DNA of 64,000 nucleotides from Octopus sinensis (GCF_006345805.1 NC_043019.1:31185360-31249359); one strand, 5' to 3'; counted from the stretch's first letter, positions 25,369 to 38,090 are shown. Translations and numbers: made by a program. The notes: generated by a model not told the origin, from the letters alone.

Positions 25369-27159
25369 ATCAGGTATGCACATAATGTCACCCATTAAGG
25401 ACACACTCAAACGGTTAAGGTCAAGCAACTGACAAGCAAATCTGTGATATTGAGCAGAATATTTGCTATAATGATATTTCTGCTTCAACAACTCAGCACT
25501 GAATCTGTCTGAAATGTAATGGAAAATAGGTCAATTTCAAAACATTGAAGTCCAAGTCGCAAAAGCAATGTTTGAAGGGAATAGTAGTCATTTCCTTTGA
25601 TTTCTAGATAAAAGTAAATAGGAAATAAGTCCGACCAAAGACAAAAGATAATTAAAATTTTGTTACACAGTTATCCAGTCATCTTGTTCTTGGTCAGTCC
25701 CAATGTTTCCTGCTGGTTGGCTTGTTCGAAGAATCCATCTTGCTTGAAGAATGCCCATGCTTGTAGTACTGTAGCTGTGACCTCTCAAAATGGTGAAGCA
25801 GTGGCTTGACAAATAGAGACCTCTTGATCTCTAAGTTATACAGTACATCTTATGGAGTAATGTTGCCCTGTTGAGTAAGTTACATACATACACAAACGCA
25901 CAAGCATGCACACACACACACGCACAAGCATGCACACACACACACAGAGACAAATGGCTGAAGGAGACTGGAATAAAGTACCTGCTAGAGCTCCTACAAA
26001 ATATTTGTCTCTTATGGACAGCAAGGATTATCTGGAGGATTCTAAGCACTTGAAAACCTGCTGAAAACTTGTGGATACCTAAGGTTACAGGTAGTAATCC
26101 GCTACCTACATAAATCTTACCAGGAACAAGAATGAACCTCAGTTAATTCAAATAATGATGATGATGATGATAATGATGATGATGACGACAACGATGGCGA
26201 TAACGACGACAGCGATGATGACGACGACAACGCTGATGACGATGATGATGATCACCTTGATAATTGTTCAATCAGTGAACAACCTGTTCATGAAATTATA
26301 ATGTAATGTAAGTGGCTGTGTATTCCACAGACAGGCGTACCGTTGCCATAATCCCCAAACAGAATCAATAAGTCAGGGACCTTTGATTCGAATTACAACA
26401 GCAATCCATCCAAGGGGCAATTTACATTTTCTCTCCACTTGATTTCATTGCCAAGTTTAAGGGCAACTCATGTCATATGGTAGCAGACATTTTGACCCCA
26501 AAATGTTACACTACGGGATTGAACCCAAAACAGCATGATTGTAAAGCAAAACTACTTGACCATCCAGCCATGCTGTTTCCACTTAAATACTATAATTATT
26601 GTATTATCACACTTCACTCTGGAGCTACCAGGGTAGTAGCTCACAAATCAAACTTAATTAAAATCACAATTCTTTATCTCATATATTTTGTTCCATACTT
26701 TATTGTCTGAATTTTTTAACCTCTTTCCTTCTATTTTCTTCTACTTCCCTTATTTCTTTTTCTTTCATTATTTTCTTTCTTAATTCTTTACCATTACATA
26801 ATTTTTCTTTTTGTTATGCTTCCATTATTTTATTTTCTCTTTTCTGTTTTCATTTTTTTGGCTTTTTCCTTCGGTTGTCTTTTTCTTTTCTCTTTCATTT
26901 GCATTTTCTATTTTTGTCCTTTTTTTTTGTTGTTCCTTTTTCTCTTCTGCTTTCTCTTTTTCATCTTCATATATTTTTCTTCTTTCTTTCTTTTATTTCC
27001 GTCTCCTATTTCTATGGCATTACTGATATTTCTTTTACCTAGAGACGAAGAGAGGTGTCAATCTTCTTTAATTCCAAATGTAAACAAGACGTGAACTATT
27101 TCAATTCTGTATCTCAATGATGACGATGATGATGATAAACATAATAACAATAATACTAT

Positions 27160-27181
27160 ACACACATATGTAACCATGTTA

Positions 27182-27250
<69 letters not shown>

Positions 27251-27321
27251 TATATATACATATATATATATATATATAATATATATATACATATATATCC
27301 ATATATATATATATATATAGA

Positions 27322-27359
<38 letters not shown>

Positions 27360-27360
27360 C

Positions 27361-27401
<41 letters not shown>

Positions 27402-27430
27402 TATACATATATGTATAATACACACACACA
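27160..27430. repeat. (TA)n array
   Basis: Directly visible. Confidence 0.95.
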
Positions 27431-27814
27431 TGGTATATATAATACTAACATGATATATAAAAAAACATAACATAATGACCGCACTTAATCACTTTTATTG
27501 ATAAATTTTTACAACAATTTCTTGACAAACTGCCAGGATTTTCAGTAATTTTAAACATTATTTTTCAGATGTACCATTAGTTATACGTCTCTCTAGTAAA
27601 AACCATTAATGCATTATACTTTTAAGAGACATATCACTTGAGGGGGAGAAAAAATGGTAAGGAATTGGGTGGGTGAAATAAAAGCTTCGTTTATTGGTAA
27701 TTATAACAATTATTTTCCTAGTTTTCCCAGCAGCAGATTCCTTAATATTCAAAATTTATTATTTTTATTGCTGTAATTATGATGGTGATCATTATTCTTT
27801 CAAAAAAAAAAACA

Positions 27815-27832
27815 ATTCTTCTTCTTCTTCTT

Positions 27833-27863
<31 letters not shown>

Positions 27864-27922
27864 TTCTTATTCTTCTTCTTCTTCTTCTTATTCTTCTTCT
27901 TTTTCTTTTTCTTCTTCTTCTT

Positions 27923-27953
<31 letters not shown>

Positions 27954-28250
27954 TTCTTCTTCTTCTTCTTCTTATTCTTCTTCTTTTTCTTCTTCTTCTT
28001 CTTCTTCTTCTCTTCTTCTTCTTCTTCTTCTTCTTCTTCTCATTATTATTATTATTATTATCATTATTATTACTATTATTATTATTATTATTATTCTCCT
28101 CCTTCTCCTTCTTCTTCTTCTTCTTCTTCTTCTCCTCCTCCTTCTTCTTCTTCTTCTCCTCCTCTTCCTCCTCGTCCTACTCCTTCTTCTTCTTCTTCTT
28201 TCTTCTTCTTCTTCTTCTTCTCCTCCTTCTTCTTCTTCTTCTCCTTCTTA
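27815..28250. repeat. (CTT)n/(ATT)n array
   Basis: Directly visible. Confidence 0.95.
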
Positions 28251-28727
28251 CCACTAACACTTCTAGTGTGACAATGTTTTTTTTTCTTATTATTCTTCCT
28301 TTACAACATATTACGTTTCAAGCTTTACCAAAATTAAATTTCCTTTGCAATAATAAAAAAGAACTGTAATTGCCTAAGGAAAGGCAGCTCTTAATACTTA
28401 GAGGTAGACAAGAAAAAAAATCAGAGCTTCATTTCACAAGCTTTTAAAACTTTATATTCACACTGTAAATTATTATCATACTTAATTGTGTCATGTGACA
28501 AACACACAGCTAAATGTAAAGAGGAAGGAAAAAAATTAATGATATTATGAATAATTAATTGAAGAAAATGTACCAACAACTCAAATAAGTAATTTGGATG
28601 AGAGTGACAATAACAACAACAACAGCAGTATAAATTCTTACATAGTTCTTATTACTTAAGTCCATTCATATAGCAGCTGTATGAAGACAAACCTTCCTTT
28701 AATATTGATTAAAACTTTCCTTTAATA

Positions 28728-29045
28728 TTCTTTTCTACTCTAGGCACAAGCTCCAAAATTTTTGGGGAGGTGGCCAGTCGATTAGATTGACCCCAGTATG
28801 CAACAGGTGCTTAAATTATCGACCCCGAAAGGATGAAAGGCAAAGTCGACCTCAGGGGAATTTGAACTCAGAACAAAGACAGACGAAATACTGCTAAGCA
28901 TTTTGCCCAGCGTGCTGTTTCTGCCAGCTCATTGCCTTACCTGCCCTTAATATTCTTTTCTACTCTAAGCACAAGGCCTGAAATTTTAGGGGAGAGGCCA
29001 GTTGATTAGATCAACTCCAGTATGCAACTGGTACTTAATTTATCG
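28728..29045 (-). mobile_element. SINE family A copy plus a second 3' partial copy
   Basis: aatattcttttctactctaggcacaag is repeated at about 28723 and about 28949. Confidence 0.8.
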
Positions 29046-29049
29046 GGCA

Positions 29050-29430
29050 TTTCATATGTCTTCACATTCTGAGTCAAATTCTGCTGAGATTGACTTTGCT
29101 TTTCATCCTTCCAGGGATAGTTAAAATAAGTACCAGTTGAGCCATGGTGTCGATGTAACCTAGTTACCCCCTTGCCTGAAATTACTGGCCATGTACTAAA
29201 ATTTGCTTTCCATCCTTCCAGGGGTCATTAAAATAAGTACCAGTTGAGCCCTGGGGTCAATGTAACAGAGTTACTCACTCACTTGGAATTACTGGCCATG
29301 TACTAAAATTTGCTTTTTATCCTTGTAGGGGTTGTTAAAATAAGTACCAGCTGAGCCCTGGGGTCAATGTAACAGAGTTACCCCCTTGATCAAAATTACT
29401 GGCCATGTACTAAAATTTGAAATCAATATT
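29050..29430 (+). mobile_element. SINE family A with an internal 107-bp unit in three tandem copies
   Basis: Units start at 29098, 29205 and 29312, each ending ctggccatgtactaaaattt. Confidence 0.85.
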
Positions 29431-30633
29431 AAATAAACAGAGAGAATTTCAGAACATATCACAGTTACAAGAAAAAAGATTACTGATGGGAGAATTTTTG
29501 AAACTTACCAGCACTTCTTTGCCATGAGAGGTAATTCATCCCTGCCTCCAAACACACAGAAGTGGTTTCAATTTCCCCTCACATCAATAAATGCAATAAT
29601 TCCTCTTAGGAAGGATATCCAGCCATAGAAATCAAGCCAAATCAGGTTGGAACCTGGTATACCTTTCCAGCTTGCCAGCTCTGGTCAAACTGTCTGATCC
29701 ATGCTAGCATGAAAAACTGACGTTAAATGATGATGAAGATGGTGGTGATGATGATGATGGTGATGATGATGATGGTGATGGTGATGATGATGGTGGTGGT
29801 GATGATGATGATTGTGGTGGTGGTGATGGTGGTGGTGGTGGTGGTGGTGGTGGTGGTGGTGGCGGTGGCGGTGGTGGTGGTGGTGGTGGTGGTGGTGGTG
29901 ATGTTGGTGATAACACCAAAAAACCTGAGAGCCATACCAGGACTGTGTCTAGTAGAATGTGGTATTCAATTAATGATAAAGATTAGAAACGCAAGTTGTT
30001 ATATTTTTGGGAGCGGAAAGTAATTTTAGAGCTGATTGTTTGGAAGAACTGGAAATATAATAGTCAACAGCAGCTATTTAAGAAGAGCAATAAATGCCAG
30101 CTTCCAAAGCATCACCAACCAAAACTCTGGAGATAACGAAATAAATATCTTTAGGCTAAGTATCACAGGTAGATGAGCAAGTAGCTTATTCCCTAATGGA
30201 ATCAACTTGTAGTATTAAAATTACGTTGTGCAATGAGGAAGGAATACTTACAGAAGAAAATTCCTAAATGCTCAATGAAAATACAAAAGGAGAGAAAAGG
30301 AAACAAATTGCAGGAAAAGAACACTCAGCATAAAACAATGAAAACAAATGGGGAAAAAAGGACTTCTTCAAATTGACACAAAAAATCCCTTCTCAGATAA
30401 ACAACAAAGTGAAGAGAACTAAGATTATTAAGATACATCATTCTTTGAATATCTAACAAACAATTTACAAACAAAATTATATATCTCTGGTGCCACAGCT
30501 CTTTCAAAGGAGTTATGCAAGAGAGATTACTATTAAGATATTGAGACGTTACACAGAACTTAAAGTGTTCAGGAACCCATACTATATGTTGGTGATATTT
30601 TTTGTACTTTAAATTGAATAAAATTGATCAATT

Positions 30634-30804
30634 AGGAGTGGCTGTGTGGAAAGTAGCTTGCTTACCAACCACATGCTTCCGGGTTCAGTTCCACTGCATG
30701 GCACCTTGGGCAAGTGTCTTCTACTATAGCCTCGGGCCGACCAAAGCATTATGAGTGAATTTGGTAGATGGAAACTGAAAGAAGCCTGTCGTATATATGT
30801 ATGT

Positions 30805-30854
<50 letters not shown>

Positions 30855-31055
30855 TTGTGTCTGTGTTTGTCCCTCCAACATTGCTTGACAACCGATGCTG
30901 GTGTGTTTACATCCCTGTAACTTAGCAGTTCGGCCAAAGCGACCGATAGAATAAGTACTAGGCTTGCAAAGAATAAGTCTTAGGATCGATTTGCTTGTCT
31001 AAAGGCGGTGCTCCAGCATGGCCACAGTCAAATGACTGAAACAAGTAAAAGAGTA
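30634..31055 (+). mobile_element. SINE family B, near full length
   Basis: Matches 56646-57048. Confidence 0.88.
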
Positions 31056-31108
31056 ATTAAAAGAATTCTGATCGTACATGCTTTAATAAGAAAGATATTT
31101 GTCGTTAA

Positions 31109-31384
31109 AGGTATCAATTCTCACACCTGCACAAAAGCAATCAACACAACTTACAGTCTTACTATAAATAACAAAATTGGTGCATATCACAACACATCAG
31201 TTTCAAAAGAGCTAATGCAAGCAATGAGAGCATTTCGTCATTTGCTTCAGTGGATGTTGGCTTTCATTTGTCATTTGAAGATTCATCTTTTGATGATACC
31301 AAGGATGAAGATGTCCAAAACGTTGCACCATATCGATTTGAACCAGAAGCATCAGATTTGGAAGAATCCAATTCCTCATTACAG
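31109..31384 (+). mobile_element. Possible DNA-transposon (Kolobok-like) terminal remnant with an acidic PYRFEPE reading frame
   Basis: TTAA|AGGTATC at 31105-31115. The frame from 31220 reads SNESISSFASVDVGFHLSFEDSSFDDTKDEDVQNVAPYRFEPEASDLEESNSS and is truncated by a SINE fragment. Confidence 0.3.
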
Positions 31385-31524
31385 GCTTTGGTCAGCTCGA
31401 GGCTATAGTAAAAGACACTTTCCCAAGGTGCCATGCAGTGGGACTGAACCCGGAACCATGTAGTTCATAAGCAAGCTACTTACCACACAGCCACTCCTAC
31501 ACCTATATATATATATATATTCAA

Positions 31525-31727
31525 AATGTGACCGTGTGTGTACCATTGGCGATTTTTTTTCCTCTGTCTTCCCTTCTCTGGATCTTTCCTTCTCCTATAT
31601 TTCCGACGAAGAGCTCCGCTTGAAACGTTAAACCCTCCTTCTTTCCTTCTTTCCTGAGCACACCCAATAATACTATATTTGTTCCACGTTCTCGTTTTTT
31701 TTTTTTTGTGCTTTCATGTTTGGATTA

Positions 31728-31732
<5 letters not shown>
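31525..31732 (+). mobile_element. Penelope-like terminal-repeat remnant with a degenerate minimal hammerhead
   Basis: Homologous to 53575-53785; contains ttt-ccgacga-a-gagc-tcc-gctt-gaaa-cg-tt-aaa; flanked by (TA)n. Confidence 0.6.
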
Positions 31733-31771
<39 letters not shown>

Positions 31772-32566
31772 AGGATTCTTTCAATTTTCATTTACCAAAT
31801 CCACTCCAAAGGCTTTGGTCAGCCTGAGACTATAGTAGAAACACTTGCCCAAAGTGCCATGCAATAAAACTGAACCCAGAACCATGTGTTTGGGATGTGA
31901 ACATCTTACAAAACAGTGGCACCCACACCTATCATGACAAATAGTTTGATACATCCCACTCTAGGCTTTTCATTTACTTTTGATATTTTTTTAATTACCC
32001 AAGCTAGACAGGAGAGTATCTTTCATATGCTTTTTAAGTCACTTTAATGATAATAACTACTTTGATACCGACTATAATTATTATATTTTATAAGGTCAAA
32101 TCACAGGCTAATGTTGTTGCTGAACTTAAACAACAAAATAATATTTGTTTACTGCTTGATTTAAAACTGTTTACAAATTTTTACCACTAATGAATATGTA
32201 GTTATTGAAGAAATTTATTACTCAATTAAATATGAGATAAAAAAACATACGTAGAAATCTGTACTTTTGATTGATTTTTATTCCTTGAAATGATGAGAAA
32301 AATTCTAATGCGGTCAGTAGTTTTGATGTTTTGTATATATACAAGAAGTGCGAAATACTATCATGGTAATTTATCACGAAGACGAAGTTTCTGGTGTGTT
32401 TTATCAATTAAATGTTTTAAACGTTCGGTTTTATGCTATATTCGCAAATTTTCACTCAAACATTGGATAAAGAAAATAATCTTGTGCAATTAACCAGATT
32501 TAATTATATTTTCATGTGTGATTGACTGGTCAATTTTTACACTGATTTAATGTTTCGTCATTTGAA

Positions 32567-32660
<94 letters not shown>

Positions 32661-32715
32661 CATATATACATATAAATGTGTGTGTATGTGTGTGTGTGTA
32701 TGTGTGTATGTGAGC

Positions 32716-32755
<40 letters not shown>

Positions 32756-32776
32756 GCATGTATGTATATATATATA

Positions 32777-32970
32777 GGTGCAGGAGTGGCTGTGTGGTAA
32801 GTAGATTGCTTACCAACCACATGCTTCTGGGTTCAATCCTTCTGTGTGACACCTTGGGAAAGTGTTTTCTACTATAGCCTCAGGCTGACCGAAGCCTTGT
32901 GAGTGGATTTGGTAGACAGAAGCGTAAAGAAGCCCATCGTATATATATATGTGTGTGTGTGTGTGCGTGT
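32777..32970 (+). mobile_element. SINE family B 5' half
   Basis: ggtgcaggagtggctgtgtggtaag head and core. Confidence 0.8.
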
Positions 32971-33350
32971 ATTTATATATGTATAGTTTATAAATAAGAG
33001 ACAGATATTCTCCATATAGAATACACTTTGTTGTGCTCAAGAGGTTTAAACTTGAGCAGGTAGAGTTGTAAAGGTATATTGACTTGCCAAACTTGCTTAT
33101 CCTTACAGGTATATATATATATAGTCCCTATACGGATATTTAGACCTCTTATAGAGAGACTTTCATCCAAGATACACTGGTATAATATATTGTATTTTGA
33201 AGAGATATTTCTTCAATTAATATTATTACATAAAATATCAATTTTATTTCAACTATTTTATTTTATTTTATTTTATTCGTTATGTATTTTTACTGTAACT
33301 CATTATGTAGAGAAGATTTGCACTTGACTGTGTCACAAGAAGATTCGCCT

Positions 33351-33547
33351 TTGTATCACAATTGTATCATAATTGTATCGTAATTGTATCATAATTGTAT
33401 CATAATTGTATCACAATGGTATCATAATTGTATCATAATTGTATCATAATTGTATCATAATTGTATCACAATGGTATCATAATTGTATCATAATTGTATC
33501 ATAATTGTATCACAATGGTATCATAATTGTATCATGATTGTATCACA
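33351..33547 (+). repeat. 11-bp minisatellite (ATAATTGTATC)n, about 18 copies
   Basis: Directly visible, with a recurring variant unit acaatggtatc. Confidence 0.95.
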
Positions 33548-33794
33548 AGAGTAAACCCCAGCATTTGCTGGTAACCATTTTCAACTGAGATGGCAGAGCA
33601 ATATGAAAAGTAGTACCTTGCTGAATGAGACAATGCATTGCCTGGTTAGAGAATCGATCCCTTAACCTTTATGGCCATAAGCCCAACACTCTAGCTATTG
33701 GGTCACCACAGGCTGAACTGTTATTGTTCTTTTTTTTTACCATAAGTAAAATATGTCTCAGTAAATAATATAATTTGATCTTATATCTTTTATC

Positions 33795-34212
33795 GTCTGT
33801 CTTTTACTTGTTTCAATCATTAGACTGTGGCCATGCTGGAACACTGCCTCAAAGAATTTTTAGTTGAACAAATCAACCCCAGTATCTTCTTCGTTTTTCT
33901 TTTTTTTCTTTTTGAAGCGTAGTACTTATTCTGTTGGTCATTTTTCCTAAACTGCTAAGTTACAGGGACATAAACAAACCAACGCCAGTTGTCAAGCAGT
34001 GGTGGAAGACAAAACAAACTCAGACACAAAGACACATACAAACATATACAATGGGCTTCTTTCAGTTTCCATCTACCGAATCCACTTACCAGGTTTTGAT
34101 CAGCCCTGGACTATATTAGAAGACGCTCACCAAAAGTGCCACACAGTGGGACTGAACCTCGAACTGTGTGGATAAGAAAGAAGCTTATTACCACACAGCC
34201 ATGCCTACACCT
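33795..34212 (-). mobile_element. SINE family B, diverged
   Basis: Reverse complement of the family B tail, body and head. Confidence 0.8.
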
Positions 34213-34932
34213 ATATTGCTGGGGCAATTTGACTAGTATCAGTCAAAGAAGAGCAATATAACCGCCATAAATACTCTGGTCTTAGTTCAGCCAATTCTCT
34301 TTCTTTACAAATATTGGTCTTATGCTGATTCAATAGAAATCTCTAACTTGAGGATTATGTCAGTCTACTGTATTCTTTTTAAAGTTTTATTAAGAGTTTT
34401 GAATCTAAGAGATAAAGAAATCAATAATTATCTCGTATATGAGAGATAAAGTATTGACAAAATTCATGTAGAACCATAGCAATACAAACATTGAATATTC
34501 TTTTACATGCATCGTTGTTCAGAAAGCAAAGTTTTAGGCTGCTATTAAGACTTTCGAACAGAGTATAGTGATTCTGCAGTTGTTTGTGACAAGGCACCTT
34601 TACATGTTTCTTCAATGGTACGAAATATAATTTTTTTTTTAAATGTGTTATTTTTTATTTGCGTTTTATGTTGCCATTGGTGAACTGTCATTGATTACTG
34701 GTTTTTATGGAACCAATTGAGCCAATCACAGATTTGCTGCCATTCTGTAGTTGTGATTTATGCAGGAGTGTCTGGAACTCAGAGCAGAATAAATAACACA
34801 AAGGATTTCACTTGAAGAGCACTGGTCTTTTAGATTTGATCTCCTTCTGTCAAGGGTTCCAGACGAGCCTACCTCTCAGTAAGGAACACAGATGAGAGCA
34901 GGTGTAAAAAATTCCTTTCTTCACTATATATG

Positions 34933-34982
<50 letters not shown>

Positions 34983-35123
34983 TGAGATCACCATGTCGCG
35001 CACATATGGTTGTGATGCATGTGCCTGGTGTAACTTTATCAGAAGGGTAGTCATGATGGGTATACTGGGCTTTGTATATTTTACCCCAGTGTCACTTTGA
35101 TGGCATGCACTGCTCTCTCACTC
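34983..35123 (+). mobile_element. Short (AAT)n-tailed retroposon fragment of an unassigned family
   Basis: Flanked by (AAT)n on both sides; a related reverse-complement copy lies at 59287-59371. Confidence 0.55.
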
Positions 35124-35139
35124 AATAATAATAATAATA

Positions 35140-35827
35140 ATGAAAAGAAATATTACAAGTAACTGCAGAATATGTGGAGATGGACAAGAAACAATAAATC
35201 ATATTATCTCTAGCTGCCCAGTCCTGGCTAAGAAGGAATATATTCACAGACATGACAGAGTTGGAACCTACATACATTGGAAGCTATGCCAACATTATGG
35301 AATAACAACAGAAAAAAGATGGTATAGGCACACACCAGAAAAGGTCACAGAAAACGAGAAAGCAACCATACTCTGGGATATGCCGATACACACAGATAGA
35401 GAAATTAAGGCCAACAGACCAGATATAGTTGTCAGAGATCATGAAGAAAAAAAATGCTTTCTAATTGATGTATCAATACCGGCAGATGAGAACGTGTCTC
35501 TTAAAGAAATGGAGAAACTCTCAAAATACAAAGACCTGGAAATAGAGGTAACTAGAATGTGGAATCTGAAAACAGAAACAATTCCTATCATAGTAGGTTC
35601 ATTAGGCATGATAAAAAAATATTCAGACAAATACATAGCAAAAACACCAGGACTTACAAACACATATAACATACAGAAAATTGCACTACTAGGCACTGCA
35701 CACATCCTACGCAGAACACTTTCCATACAATAACCATCAGAGCATCACAACAAATCACAGCACATACCCAAGGCACACAGAGCTGCGCTCGGTAGTGAAG
35801 TGAAAGCACGCTATAAAAATAAAACTA

Positions 35828-35831
<4 letters not shown>
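35140..35831 (+). mobile_element. Dong/R4 retrotransposon, 5'-truncated (CCHC + RLE + 3' UTR), in (AAT)n
   Basis: The ORF 35140-35733 is nearly identical to the C-terminus of the 14100-15740 ORF and has the same 3' UTR and (AAT)n flanks. Confidence 0.92.
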
Positions 35832-35882
<51 letters not shown>

Positions 35883-36564
35883 TTAGGGAATATTATTCCA
35901 AACTTACCTGGGAAAAATTCAATTTAGAAATACTGAATCAACACGTGTAGTCATTTTACCAAATATATACGTTTTACTTATTATTTTGTACATTACTTAA
36001 TCATTGGTGTATGTTTTTATCTTATATTTAATTTTTTCTATAGGATGTAATTTTTTTCTTTATGGTATAATTTAATTTTTTCATTGTTGAATTGATAAAA
36101 GGTGTTTTTTTCTAATTTATATATATATATATATATATATAAGGAAAATAAGGTAAGGTAGAAAATGTTAAAATAATTTTATCATGAAGTACATTTTAGT
36201 ACAGGTTTCTCTCTTTTTAGACATTTTCAGCTAAGAGTAAAATAAGAAAAACTATTGAATTGAAAAGAAAATTAAGTGAAATGATTTGTAGATATTTTCA
36301 TTGTCTGTAAATAAGTAAATATTTCCATAGTTTTCAAACGGTCTGTCTCTATACACATATACGTATATACATACATATATTTACATTTATGAATGCATAT
36401 ATATACATATATACATACAGACATACATACATGCACATATATATATGCATGTGTATGTGTTTGAGTGTATGTGTGTATGTATATGTGTTAGTGTGTGTGT
36501 ATGTGTGTGTGTTTGTGCATGTGTGTTTGTGTATGTGTGTGTGTGTATGCGTGTGTGTGTGAGG

Positions 36565-36790
36565 GTACATGGCTTTGTGGTTAGGGTGTTGCACTCACAA
36601 TCTAGAGATCATGATTTCAATTCCTAGACTGGGCGGTGTGTTGTGTTCTTGAGCAAAACACTTCATCTCACACTGCTCTGTGATCACTTCGACACCTGAC
36701 ACGTGGTACACTTGTGCACCTCTTCAGACAACATCAATTTGATGGAGAGAGAGCGAGCAAATGGGCAGCATGAACATTTGATCACTATAA
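36565..36790 (+). mobile_element. tRNA-SINE, diverged
   Basis: ggctttgtggttagggtgttgcactcac head followed by tgttcttgagcaaaacacttcatc; related to 47555-47850. Confidence 0.6.
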
Positions 36791-37419
36791 ACAAATTATT
36801 TATGCAGGTCGTTTGGCAAAGGCTCAACGCTCATATATCATCTTTGATGGGAGAGTCCATATATATATGTATGCATGTATGTATGTATGTATGTATGTAT
36901 GTATGTATGTATGTATGTATGTATGTATGTATGTGTGTATGTATGTATGTATGTATGTATGTATATGTATATATCAAGTCATTGAATAAAATATATTGTA
37001 AAATGTTTAACATGGTCAGCACACTCAGGTACTGGAAAAACCTTTCTCTGCAAAAATAGTCCCAATGGGGAATTTTTCCCTCCTAAACAGGTGAAAACAC
37101 ATTGAGCTGTGAATGACATCAGTGAATCATAGGACATGAGTTTTTGCATTCTTTTGTGTTGTCAGCTATGAACACCAAATTTATCATTCACAGCTCAATA
37201 AGAATGAATTTGTTCTTGTATTAGAATGACATAAAGTATGGAAGGCAGTATGGAAATCTTACTCAAACTAGAATTAAATAAATGAACTCACATGATGCTG
37301 CTTTGAATGAAGTACATTGGTATAAAGTTATATTTAACATGTTCCTGTTTCGTGCAAAACTTGCTAACAGCTTTCAATTCCCTTCCTTTTCTCTACTTTT
37401 AATTCTAAATAACCCTGAG

Positions 37420-38090
37420 AACTTTGGTTGGACGAGAGGGTCTTTAAGGGCTACAGCTTTCTGACAGGGGCTTTTATAAGAGGTTGTCATCATGTCTTTA
37501 CTGCATGAAGCAAGTAGCCTCTTTAACTTGAAACATATGGATTTGTTTTGTTGTTTGCTGATGTTTCTAGAGCAAAAAGTGCTTTTAACTGCATGGCTGT
37601 TTCTGCTAACTCTACACCTAACTCTCAGCTTGGAGAACAACCATGAGAGAAAGAAAACAGAGTTATTTCATGTATCTATATGCTGAAGATGTTCTCTTAA
37701 TTGCTTTTTACGTGAGGTGGATTAACCCATCTGAATTTCCAAGATCTAAAGTGCAGATGCATGTCACAAACCTCTTTACTCAAATTTCTATGCTGTCATT
37801 TCTAGTATGTCTATCTTAAGAAACATTAAAATTTCTACTCTACTGGTCAGTCACAGAAGAGTGCTACCCATGGTGTCATCCCATGCTGGTTGCATGCAGA
37901 TCTTGTACATTTTGATAACAATTTGGCAGTAGGAGTTACCAGAAGGATCCCAAAATGGGAAAGACTTGGGAGTTCTCTGCTGACCTTGATGGTAAATATC
38001 ACTTCCCAGTTTTTATGACCAAAAGACCCAAACTTGTCATATGGTGCAAAGAAAGAAAAATGGTAAAGATGGTAAAGTTGTCAGTTCCCA
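37420..38090 (+). mobile_element. Degenerate HERO-like RLE non-LTR retrotransposon fragment
   Basis: Decayed motifs GREGL (37428) and CYPWCH (from RYTWRH, about 37862), and KTWEFSADLDGKYHFPVFMTKRPKLVIWCKERKMVKMVKLSVP. Homologous to 44790-45070. Confidence 0.6.

Noticed and set aside
33351-33547. Regular short repeats superficially like a CRISPR array
   Set aside because: The units are contiguous with no unique spacers, and the context is eukaryotic; this is a minisatellite.
34538-34617. Possible 80-nt internal exon (AAIKTFEQSIVILQLFVTRHLYMFLQ)
   Set aside because: Weak donor, no polypyrimidine tract and no family match.
35883-36330. Very AT-rich segments resembling mitochondrial DNA (also 38995-39260)
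   Set aside because: No mitochondrial gene or tRNA is recognisable. The segments are mutually similar and (TA)n-flanked, so they are more likely a nuclear dispersed repeat.
37374-37640. Minus-strand LAETAMQLKALF resembling a hAT dimerisation motif
   Set aside because: The similarity is too short, and the plus strand fits a decayed HERO element better.
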